From: Octopus bimaculoides
Lineage: Eukaryota
DNA length: 64,000 nt
Direction of reading: 5' to 3'
Assembly: GCF_001194135.2 (NCBI RefSeq)
Contig: NC_068981.1
Coordinates: forward strand, 18,270,767-18,334,766
This document shows, piece by piece, positions 1-12,872 of this stretch. Within the stretch, counting starts at the first letter, position 1. Each line of letters opens with the position of its first letter. The notes beneath the pieces were generated by a model, which was not told the origin of the DNA, did no database searches, and was given only the letters and a program-made list of their open reading frames with translations. The position numbers were made by a program, and so were the translations under genes.

Positions 1-44
<44 letters not shown>

Positions 45-167
45 TGTGCTCCAATGCAACCATATACATATACATGAAAATGATATGATGATAATAATGA
101 TGATGATAATGATATGATGATGATGATGATGATGGTATATGTTCTAATATGTTATTTTTTTTTGCAG

Positions 168-339
168 CCAGCTGACAGTTCTTCTCGACCTGACTGATAA
201 GAAAACCGCAGTGACTGTCACTGACACAGCCCTGAAGAAGGCAATAGAATCGGTGCAGATGACATGGGTAACAATGAAACCCCCTGTTGGCCAAATCACT
301 GAAGAAGTGGCTAACAAGATGCCATTAACTGACACAGAG
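168..339 (+). CDS. BAIAP3-like: Internal coding exon of a Munc13-4/BAIAP3-family (UNC-13 MUN domain) gene: QLTVLLDLTDKKTAVTVTDTALKKAIESVQMTWVTMKPPVGQITEEVANKMPLTDTE
   Basis: T-rich acceptor tttttttttgcag| at 167 and donor GAG|gtaagt at 339/340. Only one frame is open. It ends in phase 0, matching exon 5055. LKKAIESVQMTW resembles the Munc13-4 segment LLHPITSIEYQW (recalled, not aligned). Confidence 0.75.
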
Positions 340-705
340 GTAAGTTTCGAGTAGATCAACATTGAGGCTTCCGTTCCTTAAAGTTACCATTTCACTTCAT
401 TCATACTTCTACAGCGCTTGAGAAAGGCATGAACACCACATCTACATGTATGTATGAAACCTAAGAAAATACTGAGATGATTAGAGATATGATGGCTCTC
501 AGTCAGTTATGATGAGAAGTGTTCCAGTTGATCTGATTTGTGGAACAGCCTGCTAGTGAAATTAATGTGCAAGTGGCAGAGCACTCACTCCACAGACATG
601 CATATACATGTCTGTGAAGTGAGTGTTAATATACTTCTCAGGCAGTGCATACTGTTAATATAGTTATCAAGTGGCACTATATTAACAATAGTTAATATAG
701 TTTTA

Positions 706-930
706 AGGCGGCATGCTGGCAGATTCGTTAGCATGCCGGGTAAAATGCTTAGCGGTATTTCGTTCTGAGATCAAATTCCGCCAAGGTCGACTTTGCCTTT
801 CATCTTTTCAGGGTCGATTAAATAAGTACCAGTTACACACTGGGGTCGTTGTAATCAAATTAATCCCTTTGTCTGTCCATGTTTGTCCCCACTATGTTTA
901 GCACCCCTGTGGGCAATGAAGAAATAAATA
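706..930 (+). mobile_element. tRNA-derived SINE, family A
   Basis: Head ggcggcatgctggcagattcgttagc, B-box-like gagatcaaattcc, central gcctttcatc...gtcgattaaataagtacca domain, aataaagaaata-type tail. More than 10 related copies in the window. Confidence 0.8.
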
Positions 931-1088
931 TAGATCTCAGGGAGATTCAGCATGACACAGAATGTAACAAGAGTGAAATGCTTAGCGGTCTTTCGTCTGC
1001 CATTACATTCTGGGTTCAAATTCCGCTGAGAGTTTTGGAATGTAATACCTGCGATAGCCGAGGGATTACTGTGTATATTACTCCTGAA

Positions 1089-1490
1089 CATCATCATCAT
1101 CATCATTGTCATTTAACGTCTGCTTTCCATGCTGGCAAAGGTTGGACGGTTTGACTGAGGGCTGGCAAGCCAGAAGGCTGCACCGGGTTCCACTCTGATC
1201 TGGCAAAGTTTCTACAGTTGGATGCCCTTCCTAACACCAACCACTCTGAAAGTGTAGTGGGTGCTTTTTACGTGCCACCGGCATGGGACCAGTCAGTTGG
1301 TACTGGCATCGATCACGCTTGAATGGTGTTTTTTATGTGCCACCGGCATGGGAGCCAGTCAGGCAGCACTGGCAATTACCACACTCGAATGGTGCTTTTT
1401 ACATGCCACCAGCATGGGAGCCAGTCAGGTAGCACTGGCATCGACCACGCTCGAATGGTACTTTTTACATGCCAATCGGGCGGTACTGAA
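1089..1490 (-). mobile_element. 5'-truncated RTE LINE 3'UTR with four ~65-bp internal modules and (GAT)n tail
   Basis: catcatcat tail followed by tttaacgtctgctttccatgct...ggatgcccttcctaac. Same sequence as the copies at 57185 and 61110, which run into the RTE ORF end. Confidence 0.7.
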
Positions 1491-2022
1491 CACCAGACAT
1501 TCAAGCATTCACTAGCAAGATACCATACCAGGGTTAAGCAAGTTTCTTATATCATTGATCCCTTCATAGAATCGTTGATAACTTATCAACCCCCATCTTG
1601 TAAATTTCTAACAAAAAGTATAATTAATAAAAAATTTCTTTATTTAAAACACTAATTATTTTCTTTTATTGCTTCGTTACCACTTTTTAAAAAGAAATAT
1701 TTAAAGAAATCTAATAAAATACCTATTGAAATTAATGAAGAACAATAAACTTTCAGTCATATAATATTGATATAATTAGAATATTTAATGGGAGATATAT
1801 TGTTTGATGAATACTAATTATTACCACAGTACTTGATTGGATGTTAGTGAGACTTAGTCTTAATTTTCCGCATTCTTCCAAATAATTTAGCACCCTTAAT
1901 GCTCAAGATCGTTTCAGATGTTTATTGATCCCTTGGCTAGCCACATAGATCTCCAAGGGTCAATGTTGTCCATTTTATTGACTCTGTGCCGAACCCCTTT
2001 TTTAGAGGCATGTGTTAAATAT

Positions 2023-2480
2023 TGGTTTCGAATTTTGGCACAAGGCCAGAAATTTCAGGGAAGGGTGTAAGTCCATTACATCGACCCTCAGTACTCAACT
2101 GGTATTTATTTTATTGACCCTGAAAGCATGAAAAACAAAGTCGACCCTGGTGGAATTTGAACTCAGAATGTCAAGATGGATGAAATACTTATTTCTTTAT
2201 TGCCCACAAGGGGCTAAACATAGAAGGGACAAACAAGGACAGACAAAGGGATTAAGTCGATTACATCGACCCCAGTGCATAACTGGTACATAATTTATCG
2301 ACCCTGAAAGGATGAAAGGCAAAGTCAACCTCGGTGAAATTTGAACTCAGAACCTAACGGCAGATGAAATACTGCTAAGCATTTCGCCTGGCATGCTAAC
2401 GATTCTGCCAGCTCGCCACCTTTATGGATGAAATACTGCTAAGCATTTTGTCTGACATGCTAATGAGTCTGCCAACTTGC
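2023..2480 (-). mobile_element. Family-A SINE (2189-2423) nested inside an older related SINE
   Basis: Direct repeat atggatgaaatac at 2176-2188 and 2424-2436 flanks the inner copy; the outer copy resumes after it. Confidence 0.7.
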
Positions 2481-5054
2481 ATGTGTTGAATATTAATAAA
2501 AAGAAAAAGACTCACCACTGAAGTAAATGCCAGTTCATTGTAAAGTAAAATCTCTAATTGCTGTTGGTACTCATTTATAGTAATGTGCCACCTGATCCAT
2601 GAATCAAACCCCTGATATTACAATTGTGATTCCAACATCCTAACCATTAGATTATGTTCTTGAGAGATAAATATTCCCCTGTACAAGAGGCTGGTCCTTT
2701 ACAAGTAACAAACCTAATACCAGAATCTAATCCTCACTAAACTGAAGCAAATGGATTTAATTATCTTGATCAGAGACACAAATGGGATTTTATTGGTTGA
2801 GTATGAGCCAATGAAATATGAACCTTAGTTCAATATCTTACCTCTTAGGCTACTTTTTACCTTAACCTTTAGTACACTATATTTTCTCTAGAATTCTTTA
2901 CCCTGTCACTGCCCTGTTATCACAGGGGGGAGAACTTATATGGTGACATGATGCACCTACAGTATGCTAAAGGTTAATGACATAGACATAAGATCTTACC
3001 TCACTGAAAAATATTCTCTTTGTAGTTCATACTCAGTCTTCTCTCAGCCTCCCTTCTTGCTACTGTAAACTGACTATTACCATTTATACTTCAGCTTCAG
3101 CTACACCCCAACTACACCCCAACTACACTTCAGCTACACCCAGACTTATTGCTGCATTGTTTTCTACTCTTAACTGTTGTAAACCTGAAGTTACAATGTG
3201 AACTTTCAGGTCAAAAGCTGACACATTGATATTTCCTTCCTTTCTTTTATATGTGTTGTCACTCTTAATAACATTTAGAGTTTTCAACTTCTGTATTACC
3301 CATACTAATATCCTTCATCTTTAACCCTTTTATAATCTTGTGAAGTACCAAAAAGACTACTGGACAATGTCCTTATTTCTCAAATATAATATATTTACAG
3401 GCATATAAGATGCATTTTTTAATACTTCATTAAATCTATCAAAAAACTGCCCTGCATTTAATGTGGGTGTATTATGGATGAAGGGCTGAGTATTGTAAAC
3501 TAGGGAGTTAGGTAAACATAAATCTGCAGGGTATTATAATTGTTATAAAGTATTGTAAACAAGTTACAATATCACAGTCTGTTAATACAAACATACAAAA
3601 TTGATTATGTTACATAAGCAGTTATGTAGAGAGGTCATATCCTCTCATTGTATTTCCTTTCTCTGCATACATAAGCCACACCTGATAGGTGTCTTACATT
3701 ATCTAATGCCTCTGTTACCGTTAAGAAATATTTTTAATTACCTAAATGAAAGCCTCTCCGAGAAAGGTGAAAGGTATGTTAAACATTTCTGCAATGGGTG
3801 AATGACAACAAAATCATAGTGGTGGTGAGCTACACTAATGACTGATTGTATTACATAAAATATCATATGTATTCTATATCTGGTGTGGCAATTTCCTAAG
3901 TCAAAATAGCCATGAACTCATGCTGGTGCCATATAAATTGCTCTCATGCTAGTGCTACATAAAATACTCTCATGTTGGTGCTGTGTAAAATGCACTTATG
4001 CCAGTAACATGTAAAAAGCACCCAGTATACTCTGCAAAATGGTTGGTGTTAAGAAGGGTATTCTACCATAAAAACCATGCCAAAACAGACAATTGAACCC
4101 TGGACAGCTCTTTGGCTGACCAACTCCTATCAAGCCATCCAACCATACCAGCTCCTGTCAAGCCGTCCAACCATGCCAGCTCCTGTCAAGCCATCCAGCC
4201 CATGCCAGCATTAAAATGGATGCTAAATGATGATGATGATGATGATGACAATGATGATACAGTAGATCTGAGAGAAGATGAAGTTGAAATATATATTATT
4301 CCAATAATAGTTTATTTCTGATAAATGTCTGGTTTTATACTTTATTCCAGTATAATGTCACATTATATTTTTATGCTTAGAATCATACATGTTTTCTCCT
4401 TAAGAAAACCACCTGAAAATATTTTTCAGTATGTCTATGTTGAAACATTAAATTTGTATTTAGTAAAAGAAAGGGTCATCTTATGTGGGAGTGTGTCTTA
4501 AACACTAGTAGATATGGTAATGAAAAGAAAATGTCTGTGGAAGGGATTGCACACACAACCTGCTTGCTCTCAGTTTTACACTGTTATGATCAAGCCACTG
4601 AAAATTGGTTAGAAGTGTATCAAATATGTAAATATTTGTATTCTACTAAAAGCAACCAGATTAAACAATTTTTTACAGAAATAATTTTGAACAAAAGAAA
4701 TTAGATTTGTCAGAAAGTTAATTTTTCTAATTTGTTGAAAATTTTAATTTTCTAATTTGTTTAATGTTAGCTAATGTTGTAAAAGAAAACTAAAAAAACA
4801 CAAAAAGTCGAATGGCAAAGCACATATTAAAAACTAATGATTGAAGGTTTCATTCAACTTAGGCAAATTATAACATCTTTCTTGTAATCTTAACATTTTC
4901 TGGAACAAGATTTCTTTTTCTTTTTATTTGACAAGTTCTAAATGCTTTCCTTAATTCTTCATTATGAAATCATTCATATTTAAACATTATATAAACATAA
5001 TAGAATTTATATTCGAAAACCCAAATTATAATATAAATATTCTTATTTTTACAG

Positions 5055-5176
5055 ATTTCAATGTTCCGAAAAGCAGCAACAGAATATATAAAATCGATGA
5101 TGTGGAATGTACGAAATGATTGCGTGTTTTTCCCACTTGAAGATAATTCTTTCAAAGATCTCAAATGCAAACTTGG
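5055..5176 (+). CDS. BAIAP3-like: Coding exon of the same gene: ISMFRKAATEYIKSMMWNVRNDCVFFPLEDNSFKDLKCKL(G)
   Basis: Acceptor ttcttatttttacag| and donor TGG|gtaagc. 122 nt, phase 0 to phase 2, no stops. Resembles the family segment ending ...FRSVFP...RLQSLL. Confidence 0.7.
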
Positions 5177-5442
5177 GTAAGCCTATGTAACCCAAATATC
5201 GCATGTTCTGGACAATTACTTGACCCACTCCTATCTCTTTTCTTTCACTATCCGTCCTCCAAACTGAAACCCCCCTACGTCAATTTCAATCCCCATCATC
5301 TCTAATCATCTATCATGCTCTTTTCACTCTACTGAACTCACCTACCCACTTACCTTTTCTGTTCTTCTATCACTAACCCCTTTCTGTTTTTCCCCATGTA
5401 CCTTTACCTCGCATCCCTCTTTGCAGATGAGGTAGCCATATA

Positions 5443-5864
5443 CCGTAAATTCTTGAGTATAGTCTGCCCTTGAGTATAATACGCAGGGGATTTTCAGGGG
5501 GGCTGTACCTCTGAAAAACCTAAACCTTGTGTATAATACGCACACTTCTCTAACTTGAGTCAGGGAGGTCTATATAACGTCCTTGGTATGTAAACGTATA
5601 TACGTTAAAATCCTTTATTATTATTGTATATATAACATAATGCAAACGTGTAGCTTTTTTGAGCACTTTGCAGAAAATAAAGAAATAACAGTAATAACGT
5701 CAGTGAAAAATAAATATTAAGTAAATTGCCTTTACATATTTATCACTAAGAAAATTTTGCTTAGAAAATATTTTTTATTTTTAACCTCGTATATAGTATG
5801 CACTAGAAATTTTAACCTTTAAATTTTGGGGGAAAAAGTGCAGATTATACTCGAAGATTTACGG
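5443..5864. mobile_element. pogo-like (Tc1/mariner superfamily) MITE
   Basis: Imperfect ~25-bp TIRs ccgtaaattcttgagtatagtctgc / gcagattatactcgaagatttacgg, TA on both flanks, no coding capacity. Confidence 0.7.
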
Positions 5865-5904
5865 TATTCATGGCTACCTAACATGTCCACTCTAGGAGGA
5901 GCAC

Positions 5905-6215
5905 TCCGTTGGTTACGATGACGAGAGTCCCAGCTGATACAATCAACGGAACAACTTGCTTGTGAAATTAACATGCAAGTGACTGAGCACTCCACAGAGA
6001 CACATATTCTTAACGTAGTCCTCAAGGAGATTCTGCACGTGACACAGAGTGTGACAAGGCTGGCCCTTGAAAATACAGGTACTACTCATTTTTGCCAGTT
6101 GAGTGAACTGGAGCAACGTGAAGTAAAGTGTCTTGCTCAAGGGCACAATGCATCACCAGGAATTGAACAAACGACCTTACAATCGTGAGCCGAATGCCAT
6201 AACCACTAAGCCATA
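5905..6215 (-). mobile_element. tRNA-derived SINE, family D
   Basis: Reverse complement of the body of the copy at 45159-45543 (acagcctgctcgtgaaattaacgtgcaagtggctgagcactccacagac). Confidence 0.7.
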
Positions 6216-7249
6216 TGCCTTCCCCTCTAACATACTTTCATATCCCTTAATACTATACCTCGTTCAGTTGAGGGGTCCTGTTTTGCAAGTATCTGGTGAC
6301 CTCACAAAGAAAGCCCCTAAATTCACTCTGTGAAGTGGTTAATGTTTGGAAGAACATCCAACTGCAGAAACCATGCCAAAGCAGACGTTGAAGCTTGATG
6401 CAGCCCTGTAGTACAGCAGTTCATGTCAAACCATCTAGCATAGAAAAGAGGATATTAAACACAACAGCTACTGGTGGTGGTGTTGGTGGTGCTGCTGCTG
6501 CTATTGCTGCTGCTACTGATGATGATGGTGATGATAATAGTGATGATAATAGTGATGATGATGATGATAAAAGAACTAAATAATATAAGTTCATGGCTTT
6601 GATGTGTGTTTATGAGAGTAAAATAACATAACAGAAGAAATGATTTCTATATAATGCGTTTATAAATCATCCAGTTAATGTATGATCTAAATGAGATTAT
6701 CAAGTTCTGCTGGAATTAAGTTTTCAGCAATTGATGACCCCCATTCTAAAAGTGCTAAGTTCACACAGAAATAGCTGTGACTTATAATACAACTCGTAAC
6801 AGCAGTGTGTTTAGTTAACTGTGTAAATGTTCAAATCCAGCAGAACAATATCATTGTACGTACATGCATACGTACATACGTACAAATATACATACGTGCA
6901 AATATACATACGTACAAATATACATACGTACAAATATACATACGTACATACATACATATGTATTACATACAAAAATAAGAGGAATGACCAGCAAAAGTGG
7001 ACTCCTATATGCTAGAAATAGATGCCGAATCATCTAACCATGAAGAATATGTTCTCAGTAAAAATTTAGCGACACAACAGACTGTAAAAGGGTAAGACAA
7101 ATGAAAAAATACTAAATAAAAAAACTATTAACCTACGTACCATGGTTTCACCTGTTAGTATTTACATAAGTAAATATCTGCAGGATTATCAGCGCATATG
7201 TATGTACATGCATACATATATAGATAGATAGATACATACATACATACAT

Positions 7250-7574
7250 ACAGATAGCCTTGTGAGTGAATTTGGTAGATGGAAACTGAAAGAAGTCCAT
7301 TGTATATATATATGATGTGTGTGTGTGTATGTGTGTGTGTGTGTGTCTGTGTGTATGTGTGTGTGTGTGTATGTTTGTGTATCTGTGTTTGTACCCCCAG
7401 CATCGCTTGACAACTGATGCTGAAGTGTTTACATCCCTGTAACTTACAGGTTTGGCAAATGTGACCGATAGAATAAGTACCAGGCTTACAAAGAATAAGT
7501 CCTGGGATCGATTGGCTTGACTAAAGGCAGTGCTCCAGCATGGCCACAATCAAATGACTGAAACAAGTAAAAGA

Positions 7575-7575
<1 letters not shown>
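7250..7575 (+). mobile_element. SINE family B (5'-truncated) with internal TA/TG microsatellite
   Basis: ccttgtgagtgaatttggtagatggaaactgaaagaag...gtgctccagcatggccacaatcaaatgactgaaacaagtaaaag, shared with about 10 copies. Confidence 0.75.
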
Positions 7576-7640
<65 letters not shown>

Positions 7641-9080
7641 ACACACACATACACATCAGATTATATATATAAACTGCATTTGTTCTGTTGATGTTTCTCA
7701 AGCTGTTTACTGATAACAATACTATTTTCTAAGCTGCAACTTTCTCTCCATGCATTGCTGCACCTCCCCCTCTGCTGCAACACATGCATCAAATGCATGA
7801 CGAATAAGATCCCCACCATTGATACAGTTACTAAACCTGACGCGGAGAGGGCAAACCACTGATGAGATTGTGAATGATGACAAAAGGACCTTGACAAACC
7901 TAAATGATTGATCGATAAACCAACTGCTTAATCAAACAATCGATTAGTTAAACGGTTAAATAGTTCACCAATTAACAAATAAATAATACAGAAGTGAAAT
8001 AGAACCAGTGTGTGTATGTGTGTGTTTATTGGCATAATGACCCTCTTGAGATACAGATAATGCATCGTGTGGAGTAAATCATTAAACTCTGATTGATTCA
8101 GCACATTCTCCTCATTCTTCAGCGGTCTTGCTGCCTCTCTCACCCCCCCTCCTATTTATCTTGTTCGTTCCTTATTTCTTCTCATCCACCTCTTTCTCTG
8201 GTTTGTCAAAGAGGTTCCGTTCTGAGAGAAATGGAATTGTCATTGCATTCTGAAAATTATTTAGATTGTCTGTATGGTATGACACTCTGTGTGTGTGTGT
8301 ATGTGTGTGTCTACATTTAATTACTGTTTGCATGTGCTTGTGGTCACACACGCACACATATATGTGTATGTGTATGCTCATGTGCACATGTGTGTGTATG
8401 TGTGTGTGTGTGTGTGTGTGTGCGTGCATGACTGCAACTGATTCTCTCTGGTTGTGATTGCATATATGTGAGTGTGTATGTGAGCTGTATGTCAGTATGG
8501 CATGACTGTGTGTGTGTGTGTGTGTGTGAGTGTGTGTGTCTGTATGGCATGGCTAAATGTATGTGTGTGTATGTGAATGTGTGTGTCCATATGGCATGGC
8601 TTTTTGAGTGTGTGTGTGTGCATGTGTGTGTATGTGAGCTGTATATCTGTATGGCGTGACTGTGTGAGTGTGTGCGTGTGTATGTATGTGTGTGTGTGTC
8701 TGCATGGCATGACTATGCATATGTGTACATATGTGAATGTGTGTGTGTGTGTGTGGGTGTGTGTGTGTGCATGTATGTTAGGAAGTGTAAATACTAGTGT
8801 GTGTGTGTCTGTATAACAAGACAATGTGTTTGCATGTGTGTATGTGAGTGTGTTTCTCTTTGGCATCCAGTTTGCATGCGTTTGCATGTGTGAGTCTATA
8901 TGTATGTGGGTACATTTGTGTGTATGTGTTCATGCACATGTGAGTGTTTGTGTGTGTATGTGTATGCATGTGTGCATGTTAGGAATCATATGTATGAGTG
9001 ACTGTAATTGTAAAACAGTGTGTTTGCATATTTGTATATGTGAATGTCTCTTGTTTTATGTGTGTGTATGCATGTGTGCA

Positions 9081-9116
<36 letters not shown>

Positions 9117-10240
9117 TTGTAAGGCGTATCACACAGCAGCTAATAAATTGTCAGCAATTAGAAGAGATAGTTTCTCATGCTAACCACAGAAATTCCCATT
9201 TTCTTCACCAATTTCATTAGCTTGCCACCACCACCACCACCACCACCACCANNNNNNNNNNNNNNNNNNNNNNNNNNNNNNNNNNNNNNNNNNNNNNNNN
9301 NNNNNNNNNNNNNNNNNNNNNNNNNNNNNNNNNNNNNNNNNNNNNNNNNNNNNNNNNNNNNNNNNNNNNNNNNNNNNNNNNNNNNNNNNNNNNNNNNNNN
9401 NNNNNNNNNNNNNNNNNNNNNNNNNNNNNNNNNNNNNNNNNNNNNNNNNNNNNNNNNNNNNNNNNNNNNNNNNNNNNNNNNNNNNNNNNNNNNNNNNNNN
9501 NNNNNNNNNNNNNNNNNNNNNNNNNNNNNNNNNNNNNNNNNNNNNNNNNNNNNNNNNNNNNNNNNNNNNNNNNNNNNNNNNNNNNNNNNNNNNNNNNNNN
9601 NNNNNNNNNNNNNNNNNNNNNNNNNNNNNNNNNNNNNNNNNNNNNNNNNNNNNNNNNNNNNNNNNNNNNNNNNNNNNNNNNNNNNNNNNNNNNNNNNNNN
9701 NNNNNNNNNNNNNNNNNNNNNNNNNNNNNNNNNNNNNNNNNNNNNNNNNNNNNNNNNNNNNNNNNNNNNNNNNNNNNNNNNNNNNNNNNNNNNNNNNNNN
9801 NNNNNNNNNNNNNNNNNNNNNNNNNNNNNNNNNNNNNNNNNNNNNNNNNNNNNNNNNNNNNNNNNNNNNNNNNNNNNNNNNNNNNNNNNNNNNNNNNNNN
9901 NNNNNNNNNNNNNNNNNNNNNNNNNNNNNNNNNNNNNNNNNNNNNNNNNNNNNNNNNNNNNNNNNNNNNNNNNNNNNNNNNNNNNNNNNNNNNNNNNNNN
10001 NNNNNNNNNNNNNNNNNNNNNNNNNNNNNNNNNNNNNNNNNNNNNNNNNNNNNNNNNNNNNNNNNNNNNNNNNNNNNNNNNNNNNNNNNNNNNNNNNNNN
10101 NNNNNNNNNNNNNNNNNNNNNNNNNNNNNNNNNNNNNNNNNNNNNNNNNNNNNNNNNNNNNNNNNNNNNNNNNNNNNNNNNNNNNNNNNNNNNNNNNNNN
10201 NNNNNNNNNNNNNNNNNNNNNNNNNNNNNNNNNNNNNNNN

Positions 10241-10317
<77 letters not shown>

Positions 10318-10318
10318 T

Positions 10319-10420
10319 ATGGTCTGATCAATAAGTATCCGGACTGGTGCTATAAAACAAGACTACCACATACCATTTTGGCATTTAATCTCCTTCGAAG
10401 TAGTCTCCTTTGGAATTAAT
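10319..10420 (-). mobile_element. Right-end fragment of a mariner element
   Basis: ggtctgatcaataagtatccggact TIR-like end; the reverse strand encodes the C-terminal GDYFEGD-type motif (aatctccttcgaagtagtctcc). Confidence 0.5.
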
Positions 10421-10736
10421 TCCATGAGCTCTGAATTAATCTTGAAGAAGTCCTACCACCATATAATTAGAATATGATACCTTTCTTAACATTTAACCAA
10501 ATGCTTGAAAATTCCTATCAACTAGATGATAGGACCGAAACATATATGTAGGTTCCTTTATTTTACTTTTGAGCTTTACAACTTGTAATAAATTTATTTG
10601 TACTGTTATGTTTTTTAAAAGAAATTTTCATCATTTTATAACAAACAAATAAATTATTCATACTTCCATTATTTTTCCATTTTCTTTTTTCCTTCAATAT
10701 TGTTTATATAAATATTTATATATATTTATATATGTT

Positions 10737-11023
10737 GTTGGCACTCCGTCACTTACGACGTTGAGGGTTCCAGTTGATCCAATCAACGGAACAGCCTGCT
10801 CGTGAAATTAACGTGCAAGTGGCTGGGCACTCCACATACATGTGTACCCTTAACGTAGTTCTCGGGGGATAATCAGCGTGACACAGTGTGACAAGGCTGA
10901 CCCTTTGAATTACAGGCACAACAGAAACAGGAAGAAAGAGTGAGAGAAAGTTGTAGTGAAAGAGTACAGCAGGGTTCACCACCATCCCCTGCTGGAGCCT
11001 CGTGGAGCTTTAGGTGTTTTCGC
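10737..11023 (-). mobile_element. SINE family D, cut by a gap
   Basis: Near-identical reverse complement of 45260-45543. Confidence 0.8.
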
Positions 11024-11464
11024 NNNNNNNNNNNNNNNNNNNNNNNNNNNNNNNNNNNNNNNNNNNNNNNNNNNNNNNNNNNNNNNNNNNNNNNNNNNNN
11101 NNNNNNNNNNNNNNNNNNNNNNNNNNNNNNNNNNNNNNNNNNNNNNNNNNNNNNNNNNNNNNNNNNNNNNNNNNNNNNNNNNNNNNNNNNNNNNNNNNNN
11201 NNNNNNNNNNNNNNNNNNNNNNNNNNNNNNNNNNNNNNNNNNNNNNNNNNNNNNNNNNNNNNNNNNNNNNNNNNNNNNNNNNNNNNNNNNNNNNNNNNNN
11301 NNNNNNNNNNNNNNNNNNNNNNNNNNNNNNNNNNNNNNNNNNNNNNNNNNNNNNNNNNNNNNNNNNNNNNNNNNNNNNNNNNNNNNNNNNNNNNNNNNNN
11401 NNNNNNNNNNNNNNNNNNNNNNNNNNNNNNNNNNNNNNNNNNNNNNNNNNNNNNNNNNNNNNNN

Positions 11465-11507
<43 letters not shown>

Positions 11508-11519
11508 TCTTGGTTCAAA

Positions 11520-12620
11520 GTTTTGTTTTCCCCATCTGGAATTTTTTTCTTCAAATCTTCCATGCATCCTGCTACAAGAACAAGATCACAAATATGTAGG
11601 AGCTTCTTGGACAATCAGTCTTAAACTCCACTTCTGTGGTTTGCTGGACCATAATAAATAGGAGGCTGTCTGGGAACTGAGCCCTGGTGAACACCTACTT
11701 GCATTCCATATCACTGACATTATTGTCAAACTTCACTTACTGACTGCATTTCTGTACATAACCTTTACTGCTCTCACCGGTCAATCTTCAACACCTAGTT
11801 TTCTTAGTGACCATCAAGCTATAAATCACAGTAGTCTGTCGAAAGCTTTCTCTAGATCAATGACTGCCAGAGAGAACGGTGTGCACTTGACTAGAAACAT
11901 CTTTTGCTGTTGTCTTTCTGAAGAGCACATCAGTGGTACTCTAACCTGGAATAAATCTGAGCTTCATCTCTTCTAGGCAGATTCTTAACCATCTTACTAA
12001 CAATAACTCCAAGCACCTTTTCAAATTCCACCTGACTAACACCCGTGGACATGTTTACAAAGCCAGAAAACAGCACAGCTCCCATGACTTTCGGAAACAC
12101 TTTTTCACGCTAAGAGTTGCTGAAGCATGGAACAAACTGTCGGCATCAGTTGTTAGTTGTCGGAGCACTGCATCCATCAAAACTTCCATGCTTTCTGAGA
12201 TTCGCCAACACTACACCTGATTTTCTCCCCTCCATACACACACAAGCATGTATCTGACTCGTACACTGTTCACTTTCCAGACATTTGTACAATACTGCAT
12301 ATGCTTTATACGCNNNNNNNNNNCCTCCATACACACACAAGCATGTATCTGACTCGTACACTGTTCACTTTCCAGACATTTGTACAATACTGCATATGCT
12401 TTATACGCACTTTTGACAAGTTGTAGTGCACCTGAGCACTGTATACAATAATTCCATTATTATTCTCTCCCTGGTCAATTGTACCAAGACTCTTTCCGTA
12501 ACAGTTATGAGTTGCTTCATCACTTTGATGCCCCTGCAGTTGTTATCTTTTTAGAGTGTCTCATTTGCCCTTATAACAACCGATAATCATACTGCTTTGC
12601 TAGTCATCAGATATGATATC
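11520..12620 (-). pseudogene. Decayed RTE reverse-transcriptase fragment, interrupted by a CR1 3' end
   Basis: The minus strand gives remnants of VGVHQGS, KAFD (gtcgaaagctttctctag) and RGIK segments with many stops. Confidence 0.55.
11985..12446 (+). mobile_element. CR1-clade LINE 3' end
   Basis: HLFKFHLTNTRGHVYKARKQHSSHDFRKHFFTLRVAEAWNKLSASVV...* (TRGH...FF..RV...WN motif), then 3'UTR and (ATT)n tail. Confidence 0.75.
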
Positions 12621-12809
12621 TCCTCATATAACTTATAATAAATTCATTTGTACTGTTATGTCTTTTAAAAGAAATTTTCATCATTTTATAACATACAAAT
12701 AAATTATTCATACTTCCATTATTTCTCTATTTTCTTTTCTCCCTCCTCTATTTCACCAAATATTTTCAATTTCTCAGTGACTATATCAGTGGGTCAGCTN
12801 NNNNNNNNN

Positions 12810-12857
<48 letters not shown>

Positions 12858-12872
12858 TAGTATAGTATAGTA

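Noticed and set aside
12228-12408. 86-bp direct duplication
   Set aside because: The identical copies sit on either side of a 10-N gap, so it is most likely a contig-overlap artefact.
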